From: Thermoproteota archaeon
Lineage (GTDB): Archaea; Korarchaeota; Korarchaeia; Korarchaeales; Korarchaeaceae
Assembly (NCBI GenBank): GCA_027491395.1
Contig: JAOZFI010000030.1
Coordinates: 1 to 19,703 of the forward strand
Direction of reading: 5' to 3'
DNA length: 19,703 bases
Each line of letters opens with the position of its first letter. Positions within the stretch are counted from its first letter, which is position 1. Made by a program: the position numbers and the translations under genes. The notes under the pieces are model-generated. The model ran no database searches and was not told the origin of the DNA. It saw nothing but the letters and a program-made list of their open reading frames with translations. Shown here piece after piece: positions 1 through 9,770 of the stretch.

Positions 1-3000
1 ATAGCTACGGTCACGGACCTCGCTGATCCCGTCAATACGCGCAGCGACGAGATAATCGATGCCTCTATTCCCCCATCGGCTCACAATGGGCTGGCCATCT
101 TGGGCTTCCATCCAACGAAAGACTTCATAGTGCTGGCCGATAACCTCAGAGTAGACGCTCAGATGGAGAAGGTGGGTGAAGAGCCCGATGAGGCCCTCAC
201 CCCGAGCGACTTGGATGTGAAGGAGGTATGGGTGCTCCATGACGACAGACTCTTCATCATGGTAAGGACTGCTGGCTCCATAGCAAGGGATCCATCGGCG
301 ACCAAGTACTGGTCGGTGGAGCTGGACGCCGATAAGGACAGCCTAGCGTCGCTCTCATGGTTCAGAGATTACCTAATCGTCTTCAGCTTGGGACCTGATG
401 GAACGGAGCAGGCCCACCTCTACGACGGGCTCGGGAATTGGATCTCTCAAGTGCAGATCGTGGGCGGAGGGGAGTCGTCAAATGCTTTGATAGTAGGTAT
501 TCCGCTCGGACAACTCCCTCTCCTATCGGAATCTCTCCTCCTCTACTCATACACCGAGCTAGGGGCTAGTGTGATAGACAGGTTCCCGGAGAGCTCTGCG
601 ATGACGGGAGATTTCCTCACATATCCCATCGAGGAGCCACCAGTGGATTGGAAGGCCGAGGTGGCCGATTCATCTGGGGATGCATCACCCTCCTACTTGG
701 ACATCACCGATTTCAAGGCTGGACTCACCTCCGAGCTGTTGATCTTCAAGATTGAGGTGTCGGGAATCCTGCCATGGTACGGCGGCTCTCCTGTGGGCAC
801 TTACTGGATCTTCATGGATACGGACGGGGATGCAACTACGGGATACTCAGTGGGGGGTATAGGCGCTGACTACATGGTGGAGTACCACTTGGGATACGCT
901 CCGAAGTTGTATGAGAACACTGGAGCTGGCTGGTCTTGGTCTTTAGTTGGAAGATGTGAACTCGTCCATAACCCTGGAGGGGGTACCGAGATCCTTCTAT
1001 CCATGCCTCGTCGCATGATACCCGATCTCCACAGAGAGCTCACATTGGTTGCCGGATCCGGGCAGTCAAGCTCACTTTTGGACTATGCGAATGCGCTAAC
1101 CATGATCCTAGTGTATAATGCGGAATACTCTGATGCTGGGATTCCGGTTGACACGAGTGGCAAGGAAATAGATGTGGTGGGCGAGGCCACAGGATCTCCC
1201 GGATCTTATGACTTCGCCGGATGGTATACTAACACAGTGGCTTTTGATCCCGGCACGAAGACTGCTGCCGTGGCTTGGGTCAGGAAAGACGCCGACAGCT
1301 ACGGAAACGACATCATATACTTAGAGATAGTGAAGATGGACTCGAAGAACGCTTCATTAATCGTGAAATATGTGGGGAAGGCCTCTAGTGTTGATAGCAT
1401 AGACTCCTTAATCATGGGTGAGGGTAGAATCCTCATAACTTGGACCTACTACACTTCATCCACAAAGACCAATGTGCGTGCCGCCCTTTACGACTTGGAT
1501 GGCAATTACATCTGGAGCGGCGATGTAAGAGACACTACCTACTTCGAAGAGTATAGCAGATCCTGTTACGTACCAGGAGAGGGTAAATTCCTCGTAATCT
1601 GGTACTCCAGCGATGGCAGGAAGGTGGAAGGCAGGTGGTTATCTCCGGACGGTAGCATGGGCTCCCCGTTCTACATCACCTCTACTGGAGGCCTATCCTA
1701 TACTCAAGCTGATCTCATGCTCTGCGTGGGTGGCGGTAGCAAGGCCTTGGTGGTCTACCGATACCTCGATGGAGGTGGCGACATAGGCCTCTCCGCAAGA
1801 CTAGTTGACAGCTCGGGAGTATCCGGCTATATCACACTCTATGACGACAACACAAAGGAGGAGATGCCGGGGATAAGCGGGGCCTATCTAGAGTATGGAG
1901 GGAACGGCTACTTCCTCGTGCCCTTTCTCTCTGGCAGCGAGGTCAGATACGCTGTGGTCAGGGGTGATGGGACAGTAGTCTCCAACGATAAGAGATTGAC
2001 TGTCAACGGAAGGGAGCCCTACGCGATAAGCTTGGAGGACAGGTTCGTGATCTCCTATGTGTATTTGAATGCAGACCCTGAGGGAGACCCGAGAATAGCG
2101 AACATAAATCCGGAAACGTGGGCCTATCACATAAAGGTGATAGACAGCGATTCAACCCAGATGGCTAGGCATCCGCTGATGGCCTACGACTCACTCAACG
2201 ACCGGATAGTCTACCTGTGGACTTCCGGTTCCCCCAGCGATCACGAGGTGGCGTACGCGATCATAGATCCTCAGGACAGTCCAGGGGAGTATCCAACAGT
2301 GGAAGAGAAGGGAACACTCCTCTCGATGGGCGGCAATCAGATGATCGACGGTCTGGCGGTGGTATCCAAAGACGAGTACCTGGCTGTTTACAGGGACAAT
2401 AGCTACGGAGTACAGGAGTTGATGTCATACGTCAGGTTACCGGAGAAGGAAGATCTATTAGATGCGTTCCTGATTGAACTACCTGAGCAAGGTTATTACT
2501 ACAAGAGCATCTTGGAGGGCCTCATAGACGAAGCCTCGTCCAAGATATACGTGGCCGTTGCTTTCATAGATTACGAGGATATCCTGAAGAAGCTGGTGGA
2601 GGCCCATAACAGGGGGGTCGATGTCAAGGTCATAATGGACGACAGCCCGGGTAATTCTGACGCCCTCGATTACCTCCGCACTTACGGGGTCGAGGCGATA
2701 GACGACTCCTCACTGGGTGATCCCACCCACATAATGCACGATAAGTTCATAGTGATAGATGGAAGGAAGCTGCTCGTATCCACGGTGAATCTCATAGAGG
2801 ATGACTTATTCAGGAACAACAACACAGCTTTCGTGGTATCGAGCAGGATAGCAGCTTACTACTACGAGAAGGAGTTCCTCCAGATGTGGAATGGAGGGTC
2901 TGGTAAGTTCGGGATAGAGAAGACCGAAAGCAACGAATTCATTTCATCCGCCACCTATTCCGGCAGGCAGCTGATGTTTCAGGGGCTCTTCACCCCACAG

Positions 3001-5070
3001 GAGTTCGGAGATAGGGGAAGGATACCGAACGTCTTGGCTGGATACGTGAAGAGGGCTTCGAAGCTCAGGTTCGCATCCTACATATTCACCACCAGCGGAT
3101 GGGTCTCACCGCTCTACGATTCGATAATTCACGTGTTCGACGGCGGTGGAAGCGTCGTAGGTGTGTTTGACGAGCTCCTCAACCTTCATAATAGGGGTAG
3201 GCGCATCTACGACCTGATAGATGAGGGAGTCTCCGTTTACGTCGACACGCACAAGAACAAGATGCACGCCAAGCTCTTCGTAATGGACGATGCCTTGGCA
3301 GCCCTAGGCAGCTGGAACCCGACAAAATCAGCCACTACAGTGCACGACGAGAACATCCTCTTGATAATGGACGACAGCCCTGGCGGGTTCGCCTCCAGAT
3401 TGAGCGATTGGGTGGACGAGATGGCGTCAGATCCGGAGCACTTCTCTCTGATAACCCCAACATCCACCTATAAGGCCCCTCACCTCCTGATTACTGAGGT
3501 CATGTTCATGCCCGATTCCACGGGCGATCCCGACGGTGAGTGGGTGGAGATATACAACCCAACCGACGATGATGTCGATCTCACGGACTACTTGATAGGG
3601 GACTCCGAGACCCTGCTTGGTACGGCCCCCTACGACGATGAAAGCCTCTACAGGTTCCCTGCAGGAGCGATAATACAGGCTGGAAGGAGGATCGTTGTGG
3701 CCTACAAGGCATCGGAATTCGAATCCACTTACGGGTACAAACCCGACTTCGAGCTAGTGGACACTGATCCCACGGTCCCCGATCTCTATCTATACGAGCC
3801 AGCGGACTACGGTGACTCATGGAACTTGGATGACTCGGGAGATGAGGTGCTGCTGATAAAGCTAGAGGAGGGAGGATTCCTACAGATTGTCAGTGCAGCT
3901 TGGTACGGCTCCTCCACCTACTTAGATGGCCCTGTCGACACCACGGCGCTAGCTTCCGGCCAAGTGATCCAGAGGGTCCCCGAGGATCATGATGCGGCCT
4001 ATGCCTCAGCGGTCTTTACCGTGGCAGCTCTATCTCTGCCATACGCTGAGCTAAGCATCGGCGTAGAGACACCATCTGGGGATCACCTCACCTGCCAAGT
4101 GCGGGTAACTTCTTCTTGGGGCGTGGACGCCTATGTAGGGGATGGAGATGCTCTTCAGATAACCTCAGGCGATCAGGTGACCTTGGTCTCGCAGGATTGC
4201 TTTGGGTATTCCTTCCTGAGATGGGAGGGATATGTCAGCGACACCACCCCCCATATCTCATTTGAGATGCCTGATCACGACATTAAGGAGACCGCAGTGT
4301 ACAGCTCTAAGAACTATGAACTTAACATAAGAGTGGTCGACGACAAAGGTTCTTCTCTGTCCTGTACTGTCGAAATATCGGTAAATGGAGTACCGGTCGG
4401 CTCGTATGGCGATGGAGATTCCCTGACAATTCAGGAAGGAGCTGAAGTCAAGTTATTTCCATCGGAATGCAGCGGATACTCACTTGATCACTGGGAGCTC
4501 GATGGAACCGAGCTGGATGAGGTCAGCCCGACATTCACGATGATAGAGGATATGACCCTGAAGGCGATCTTCACTAGATCCTCCAAGAGGAGGACCATCG
4601 CCCCCAAAGCTTGGTACGCGTCGATCTTCCCGGAGAAGTTCAGGTACGTGGCTAAGGGAGTGGACCTAGAGATGAACACGGATATCCTCTCTAAAACGGC
4701 TGGACCATCGCTACCGGGCCAGAGGAGCATGTTGATAATACTGGGAGGCCCCGATGTCGTTCCTTACAACTGGAGGGCTGTTGGCGTGAGTTTCCTGAAG
4801 GACAGAGGTAGCTTCGTGGGGTTGGAGTTCAGATCAAAGGTCTACATCGCCGCATTCGGTGAAGTAGATTACGCCGTCATCTACGTGGATCGGGAAAACA
4901 TGGTGATAAGGGTTGCTGGGATCACCAGGTACGGCACTAGGGCAGGTCTGATGTACTTAATGGAGCACCCTGACCTCCTGAGTGCTTCCGGTATCTATCT
5001 GATAAGATGGGAGGATCTCGATGGGAATGGTGACGTGAGCTTGAGCGAGATAAGCCCCATATTCCCCTAA
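1..5070 (+). CDS. Large multidomain surface/secreted protein with two phospholipase D (Nuc-like) domains, a lamin-tail domain, two small beta repeats and an S-layer-like C-terminal domain; 5'-truncated by the window edge
   Basis: Frame is open from base 1 (no stop before the TTG at 100). HxKxxxxD motifs HDKFIVID (2737-2760) and HAKLFVMD (3265-3288, followed by GSWN...DEN). LTD signature LLITEVMF...GEWVEIYNPT...VDLTDYLIGD from ~3484. Repeats with GYSFLRWEG / GYSLDHWEL. C-terminal IILGGPDV...VAGITRYGTRAG resembles archaeal S-layer C-domains. Confidence 0.85.
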   Translation: MATVTDLADPVNTRSDEIIDASIPPSAHNGLAILGFHPTKDFIVLADNLRVDAQMEKVGEEPDEALTPSDLDVKEVWVLHDDRLFIMVRTAGSIARDPSATKYWSVELDADKDSLASLSWFRDYLIVFSLGPDGTEQAHLYDGLGNWISQVQIVGGGESSNALIVGIPLGQLPLLSESLLLYSYTELGASVIDRFPESSAMTGDFLTYPIEEPPVDWKAEVADSSGDASPSYLDITDFKAGLTSELLIFKIEVSGILPWYGGSPVGTYWIFMDTDGDATTGYSVGGIGADYMVEYHLGYAPKLYENTGAGWSWSLVGRCELVHNPGGGTEILLSMPRRMIPDLHRELTLVAGSGQSSSLLDYANALTMILVYNAEYSDAGIPVDTSGKEIDVVGEATGSPGSYDFAGWYTNTVAFDPGTKTAAVAWVRKDADSYGNDIIYLEIVKMDSKNASLIVKYVGKASSVDSIDSLIMGEGRILITWTYYTSSTKTNVRAALYDLDGNYIWSGDVRDTTYFEEYSRSCYVPGEGKFLVIWYSSDGRKVEGRWLSPDGSMGSPFYITSTGGLSYTQADLMLCVGGGSKALVVYRYLDGGGDIGLSARLVDSSGVSGYITLYDDNTKEEMPGISGAYLEYGGNGYFLVPFLSGSEVRYAVVRGDGTVVSNDKRLTVNGREPYAISLEDRFVISYVYLNADPEGDPRIANINPETWAYHIKVIDSDSTQMARHPLMAYDSLNDRIVYLWTSGSPSDHEVAYAIIDPQDSPGEYPTVEEKGTLLSMGGNQMIDGLAVVSKDEYLAVYRDNSYGVQELMSYVRLPEKEDLLDAFLIELPEQGYYYKSILEGLIDEASSKIYVAVAFIDYEDILKKLVEAHNRGVDVKVIMDDSPGNSDALDYLRTYGVEAIDDSSLGDPTHIMHDKFIVIDGRKLLVSTVNLIEDDLFRNNNTAFVVSSRIAAYYYEKEFLQMWNGGSGKFGIEKTESNEFISSATYSGRQLMFQGLFTPQEFGDRGRIPNVLAGYVKRASKLRFASYIFTTSGWVSPLYDSIIHVFDGGGSVVGVFDELLNLHNRGRRIYDLIDEGVSVYVDTHKNKMHAKLFVMDDALAALGSWNPTKSATTVHDENILLIMDDSPGGFASRLSDWVDEMASDPEHFSLITPTSTYKAPHLLITEVMFMPDSTGDPDGEWVEIYNPTDDDVDLTDYLIGDSETLLGTAPYDDESLYRFPAGAIIQAGRRIVVAYKASEFESTYGYKPDFELVDTDPTVPDLYLYEPADYGDSWNLDDSGDEVLLIKLEEGGFLQIVSAAWYGSSTYLDGPVDTTALASGQVIQRVPEDHDAAYASAVFTVAALSLPYAELSIGVETPSGDHLTCQVRVTSSWGVDAYVGDGDALQITSGDQVTLVSQDCFGYSFLRWEGYVSDTTPHISFEMPDHDIKETAVYSSKNYELNIRVVDDKGSSLSCTVEISVNGVPVGSYGDGDSLTIQEGAEVKLFPSECSGYSLDHWELDGTELDEVSPTFTMIEDMTLKAIFTRSSKRRTIAPKAWYASIFPEKFRYVAKGVDLEMNTDILSKTAGPSLPGQRSMLIILGGPDVVPYNWRAVGVSFLKDRGSFVGLEFRSKVYIAAFGEVDYAVIYVDRENMVIRVAGITRYGTRAGLMYLMEHPDLLSASGIYLIRWEDLDGNGDVSLSEISPIFP

Positions 5071-5321
5071 TCTTTTCATTGAGTGTAGCAAAACTACCTC
5101 CTATAAGACCTAAGGGTGTAGTGATCCTAAGCGGGTACACGAAGTGAGGACAAGGGTTGGATAGTGGCGACAACATAGCAAGCAGGGTTATTCCTCACCC
5201 CAGCAGGAGAACGGCACGAGTAAGGCCATCGCTTTGGATAGAACTTCTCAGGGCGTTACTCTCCTTACACTAACTGTTATTGGTCTCCATGGCAAGAAGA
5301 AAGATTTCGAAGAGGGATGGG

Positions 5322-5744
5322 TCAGTATTCCACAATCCTCTTCAATTTTTTAGCGGCTAGCACCCATGAAGCTACCTGCTTCTTGGTTGGAAGCCTTCTA
5401 ACGAGCTTTTTCTTCTCGTTAACCTTCACTAGGTCCTCATACAAGTTCTCCGGATTCCTCCTTGCTAGTTCGACAACTGTATCGACACCAGCCTGCTCGA
5501 GGAGGTCAGAGTACTCCTCACCCACTCCCGGAATCCTAAAGAGATCCGCCCTGTTGACCCACTCGAGGACCCTCTTCTCGGATACACCTAAGGCCTTGGC
5601 GAGTCTCCTCCTGTCAGACTTCTTGGCCCCCGCCCTGAGTAAATCGTCAACGGTCTTAATCCCTATTTCCTTCAGTTTTTTGGAGTACACGTTGCCTATG
5701 CCCTCTATCGCCTCTATAGGGTAGTTCAATCGTCTTCTGGGCAT
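5322..5744 (-). CDS. DUF4332-like helix-hairpin-helix protein
   Basis: Two HhH-like motifs (IEGIGNVYSKKL, IPGVGEEYSDLL) plus ADLFRI and GVDTVVELARRNPENL; AGGTG ribosome-binding site upstream of the ATG. Confidence 0.85.
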   Translation of the reverse strand: MPRRRLNYPIEAIEGIGNVYSKKLKEIGIKTVDDLLRAGAKKSDRRRLAKALGVSEKRVLEWVNRADLFRIPGVGEEYSDLLEQAGVDTVVELARRNPENLYEDLVKVNEKKKLVRRLPTKKQVASWVLAAKKLKRIVEY

Positions 5745-5776
5745 GAGAACACCTAAAGGATGAAGACGAGGTATAC

Positions 5777-5789
5777 TAATAAAGTTTCC
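5777..5789 (-). promoter_or_regulatory. BRE/TATA promoter of the DUF4332-like gene
   Basis: Minus strand reads GGAAACTTTATTA, ~32 nt upstream of the ATG at 5744. Confidence 0.55.
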
Positions 5790-6027
5790 ACACGGAAAAT
5801 CCCATTGTTCCTAGAAGATTTTTCCTCCAAAGTCAAAGCCACTAAAGTCGTTGGCGTCTGCACAGCTGCCATAGGTCGACACGGATTGTTGTTCAGATAG
5901 CAGCCACCTTTGAGTATCCAGAGGGCTTCGGATTCCATCTTTATCTTTCTAGGAGGCTGATGAAACTTTGGGAGTAGGCTCGATTCTGAAACCGGCTGAA
6001 ACCTTTATCCTATCTGATGCCTCTTAG

Positions 6028-7365
6028 TTGTGGGACGGTACATTGAGGATCACCTACGACAGGGGAACCCTACTGATAGAAGGAGTCAGCAGGCTCCCGC
6101 ACTGCAGGTATGATCCTAGGGTCGGTAAATTAAGGACTCTCGCGTACAGATACAGGGAACTAAAGGAGCTCCTAACCCATGCAACCGATCAAGTTCTCGA
6201 TCCCCTTTCTTCCCCTGATTTGACTGAGAAGGTGGCTTTAAGGCCCTATCAGGAGGACGCCCTTAACTCTTGGTTGCGGAAGAGGAGGGGGATAATAGTC
6301 CTCCCTACGGGGGCAGGCAAGACGTACATAGCGCTTAAGGCGATGGAAATACTGAGAGAACCGACTCTCATAGTCGTTCCAACCCTCCCACTTCTCAAAC
6401 AGTGGAAGGATTTGATAGAATCGGTCTACGGTATAAAGGTCGGTGCGATAGGAGGAGGGAGAGAGGATCTGAGGTCTGTTACTGTGATAACGTATGACTC
6501 AGCTTACATCAGGGCCTCGGAGCTGGGAAACAAGTTTACCTTCTTAGTATTCGATGAAGTGCATCACTTGGCGGCTGAAGCGTACATAGAGATAGCAGAA
6601 TACTCCGCGGCACCCTTCAGGATGGGGCTGACTGCCACTCTAGAGAGGGAAGACGGGAGGCACGTACTTCTCTTCCCTTTAGTGGGCGGTGTGGTCTATC
6701 AGATCTCCCCTAAAGAGCTGGCTGGCGAGCATCTAGCTGAGTTCGACACGATCAGAATAAGAGTGGATCTGACGGATGAGGAGAGGGATAGATACACGAC
6801 ATTGATCAAGGAATACAAGGAGGCACTCAGGCAGGCTGGGATAACCATGAGATCGCTTGAGGATTTCAGGAAACTTGTCATGAGAAGTACATCGAACAAG
6901 GCGGCTAGAAGGGCCCTACTTGCATGGAACGAGGCTAGAAAAATAGCTATAAACTCCAAGAGTAAGCTAAATGTCCTTGAGAGCCTATTAGAGAGTCACA
7001 GGGACGACAAGGTGATCATCTTCACTGAATACAACGAGATGGCCGAAGAGATAAGCAGGAGGTACCTGATTCCCCTAATAACCCACAGGACGAGCCAGAG
7101 GGAGAGGAACCGCATCTTGGACTCCTTCAGGGTGGGCTCGGTCACGAAGATAGTTACCTCGAAGGTCCTAGACGAGGGTATAGATGTGCCGGATGCTAGG
7201 GTGGGTATAGTGCTTGGAGGCACTGGAAGCAGGAGAGAGTTCATACAGAGGCTGGGCAGGATCCTCAGGAAGAGAGAGGGAAAGAAGGCCGTTCTCTACG
7301 AGGTGGTGTCGAAAGGAACGTCTGAAGTCAGGATATCCAGCAGGAGGAGGAAGGGGTTAGATTAA
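6028..7365 (+). CDS. xpb: XPB/Rad25-family SF2 DNA helicase (XPB2 type)
   Basis: Q motif LRPYQ, Walker A PTGAGKT, DEVH, TAT motif III, RED motif (LEREDG), LDEGID, QRLGRILR motif VI; coupled to a Bax1 gene. Exact start (TTG 6028 or slightly downstream) uncertain. Confidence 0.92.
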   Translation: MWDGTLRITYDRGTLLIEGVSRLPHCRYDPRVGKLRTLAYRYRELKELLTHATDQVLDPLSSPDLTEKVALRPYQEDALNSWLRKRRGIIVLPTGAGKTYIALKAMEILREPTLIVVPTLPLLKQWKDLIESVYGIKVGAIGGGREDLRSVTVITYDSAYIRASELGNKFTFLVFDEVHHLAAEAYIEIAEYSAAPFRMGLTATLEREDGRHVLLFPLVGGVVYQISPKELAGEHLAEFDTIRIRVDLTDEERDRYTTLIKEYKEALRQAGITMRSLEDFRKLVMRSTSNKAARRALLAWNEARKIAINSKSKLNVLESLLESHRDDKVIIFTEYNEMAEEISRRYLIPLITHRTSQRERNRILDSFRVGSVTKIVTSKVLDEGIDVPDARVGIVLGGTGSRREFIQRLGRILRKREGKKAVLYEVVSKGTSEVRISSRRRKGLD

Positions 7366-8882
7366 TGCTTCCATCCCAGCTGTTGAGGGCCAGAGTCAGG
7401 GGGTCGATGCTGCTCCCCCTCTGGGCGAGGGGTACAGACGAGGAGATCGAGCTTGCTAGGGAACTGATAGCCACGTTACAGCGGGGAAGAAGGCTCAGCG
7501 AGATCCACGAGAGAGTCGAGGAGATAGAGGGGATGTACGAACTCTTGGGGGTGGACTACAGGTTTGTCAGGGGATTGGCCCTCCTCCTCGAGAGGATGAG
7601 CCAGTTCAGGAGGCCGAAAACCGCTATAGAACCGGAGAAGGCTAGAGAGGTGGTGTTTCGGCTGGTCAATGTCAAATACGGCGGTTTCGTAACCGAAGAA
7701 ATTAGGGATCAGGCACTGGAGGAGGCTGCCCAAGAGTTGGGGATCTCCAAGGAAGATCTGGAGGGCAGTCTGTGGGCCGACTCCGACGACTTTCAAGTGC
7801 TGATCTCTGGGCCTGAGATATCCCCTGAGGATCTCCTCAGAAGATACAACCTCTCACTGCTCCAGACATCCCTCTTCAAGGCCCTACATCTCAAGATAGA
7901 GACTAGGGCTCAGGGCTGGGAGGTCAAGGTGCTCCTCAGGGCGCTCAAGCGCCTGGGCCTTATGTACACGGCAGAACGGTTTGAAGGGGGCGTGGCAATA
8001 GAGGTCAGCGGTCCCGCCTCCATACTCAAGATGACCACTAGATACGGTACGTCCTTGGCCAAGCTGATCCCCTACGTAGTCTCGATGTCCCACTGGAGGA
8101 TCTTGGCCGAGATATCTAGGAACAAGAGGATGCTCTCGCTGAGGTTGGATTCCAGAGCTAGGGGCTTGTTCCCGAAAGGGGGTGTTAAGGAGCCCCAGTA
8201 CGACAGTTCCCTCGAGAGGAGGTTCGCCTCGATAGCCGAGGCCGGCGGTTGGAGAGCCATCAGAGAGCCAGAACCCCTAGTGGCCGGGCATTCCATCCTC
8301 ATACCGGATTTCTTATTGGTGAAGGGACCAGCTAGGGTTTACGTAGAGGTCATGGGCTTCTGGACCCCAGAATACATCGAGAAGAAGATTAAGAAGCTGT
8401 CCCTCCTGAAGGAACCCATACTTATCGTGGCGAGGAAGGACCTCCTCTGTTCTCGAACAGAGGGCCTGCCGAAAGATATCTTCTACATCGAAGGGCGCAT
8501 CGACAAGGTGGCTCTACTGAGGAAACTCAACGAGCTGGAGAGGAGAGCTATAGAAGAGATCTCACTATCGGATCGCGATCTTGAGGGGGATATCGTGGAT
8601 CTCAGGTCTCTAGCTAAGGAAAGGGGTATGAGGATCGATCAGCTGAAGAGTGCCCTCTCGTTGGAGAGATATGAGGTATTGGGGGACTATGCGGTCCGGA
8701 AAGAGGTGCTGGAGTCGCTTAAGAATAGGAAACTCCCCAGAAAGGTCAGGGAGCTGAAGATAATGCTCAGGGAGGAGGGCCTGCCCGAGGATGTGGCCTT
8801 ACCCTTGGCGTCGGCCTTGGGCTATGAAGTAATTTGGCACGGGCTGGACGAGGACGAGGCCGAGCTGTACTCAGCGGATTGA
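7365..8882 (+). CDS. bax1: Bax1 (DUF790) endonuclease, partner of XPB
   Basis: MLPSQLL start, LLRRYNLSLLQT, GPASIL..TTRYG, YDSSLERRF, REPEPL...IPDF...YVEVMGFWTPEY nuclease motif; TAATG stop/start overlap with xpb at 7363-7367. Confidence 0.9.
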   Translation: MLPSQLLRARVRGSMLLPLWARGTDEEIELARELIATLQRGRRLSEIHERVEEIEGMYELLGVDYRFVRGLALLLERMSQFRRPKTAIEPEKAREVVFRLVNVKYGGFVTEEIRDQALEEAAQELGISKEDLEGSLWADSDDFQVLISGPEISPEDLLRRYNLSLLQTSLFKALHLKIETRAQGWEVKVLLRALKRLGLMYTAERFEGGVAIEVSGPASILKMTTRYGTSLAKLIPYVVSMSHWRILAEISRNKRMLSLRLDSRARGLFPKGGVKEPQYDSSLERRFASIAEAGGWRAIREPEPLVAGHSILIPDFLLVKGPARVYVEVMGFWTPEYIEKKIKKLSLLKEPILIVARKDLLCSRTEGLPKDIFYIEGRIDKVALLRKLNELERRAIEEISLSDRDLEGDIVDLRSLAKERGMRIDQLKSALSLERYEVLGDYAVRKEVLESLKNRKLPRKVRELKIMLREEGLPEDVALPLASALGYEVIWHGLDEDEAELYSAD

Positions 8883-8900
8883 GAGGAAACTTTTTATATG
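8883..8900 (+). promoter_or_regulatory. BRE/TATA promoter for the argX-lysY-lysZ block
   Basis: GAGGAAAC followed by TTTTTATATG directly after the bax1 stop. Confidence 0.55.
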
Positions 8901-9770
8901 CCTCATTTAGGTTGGGACTGTGATGCCCTTGGAACGGACTCTGTCCTCCTAGTTGTCGATCATCCCAGATTAGAGGAGAAACTCATTTACAACTCCTTGA
9001 AGGAAAAGGGCCTTAAAGTAGGGATCCTGAACGTGACTACAACCCCGCTACCGATAAACGGGGTGAAGATCCCGGAAATAGCTCTCATCAGGACAGTAGG
9101 GATGTTCAGGGGAGTCAGATCGTCCGCAGTACTGGAATCCATGGGCTCCCACTCTATAAACAGCAGCTCGACGATAATGACCTGTGGGGACAAGGTGCTC
9201 ACCTACTCAGCCCTCTCCAAGCTAGGGATACCGATCCCCAAGAGCCTGCTGGCGCTGGGAAGGGATGCGGTTCTTAAGGCCTACGGGGAGTTTCAGGGTG
9301 TGGTCGTGGATAAACCACCCCTAGGCAGCTGGGGAAGGATGGTTTCACTCATCAAGAGCGCGGAGATGGCGGTACAGATTGCTGACGCTAGGGGGATGAT
9401 GCCCAGCAGCTTGAGGGGGCATGTCATACAGGAGTACATAGAGACTGGGGGTAGAGACATAAGGTGCCTCGTCTTGGGAGAAAGGACGATCGGGTGCATG
9501 GAGAGGATGGCATCCACAGGCTGGAAGAGCAATGTGGCGCTGGGAGGGAAGGTGAGACCAATCAAAGCGACTAGCGTGGTAGAAGAGCTCTCCTTGAAGG
9601 CAGCTGAGGCTGTGAAGGGGGAATTCGTAGCCGTGGATCTACTTTCCAACGAGGAAGTTTTAGTGAATGAGGTCAATGGGGTCCCCGAGTTCAAGGGTTT
9701 CATCAAGGCTACCGGGATCGATGTAGCCAAGGAGCTCGCCTCTTATATATGGGAGGTGCTCAGGTCTTGA
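8898..9770 (+). CDS. argX: RimK/LysX-family ATP-grasp ligase, ArgX-like (glutamate--LysW ligase); start uncertain
   Basis: CGDK, KPPLGSWGR, QEYI, RDIR, WKSNVALGG and NEVNGVPEFKGF motifs; the last two resemble ArgX rather than LysX; lies in a LysW cluster. Confidence 0.78.
   Translation: MPHLGWDCDALGTDSVLLVVDHPRLEEKLIYNSLKEKGLKVGILNVTTTPLPINGVKIPEIALIRTVGMFRGVRSSAVLESMGSHSINSSSTIMTCGDKVLTYSALSKLGIPIPKSLLALGRDAVLKAYGEFQGVVVDKPPLGSWGRMVSLIKSAEMAVQIADARGMMPSSLRGHVIQEYIETGGRDIRCLVLGERTIGCMERMASTGWKSNVALGGKVRPIKATSVVEELSLKAAEAVKGEFVAVDLLSNEEVLVNEVNGVPEFKGFIKATGIDVAKELASYIWEVLRS

Noticed and set aside
5071-5290. Possible decayed membrane-protein remnant on the minus strand (RPITVSVRRVTP*EVLSKAMALLV, faintly TrkH-like)
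   Set aside because: Too short and fragmented to support without a translated search.
5317-5938. Plus-strand 135-aa ORF (5317-5724) and minus-strand 61-aa ORF (5753-5938)
   Set aside because: The first is the antisense shadow of the DUF4332-like gene; the second has no motifs and overlaps that gene's promoter.
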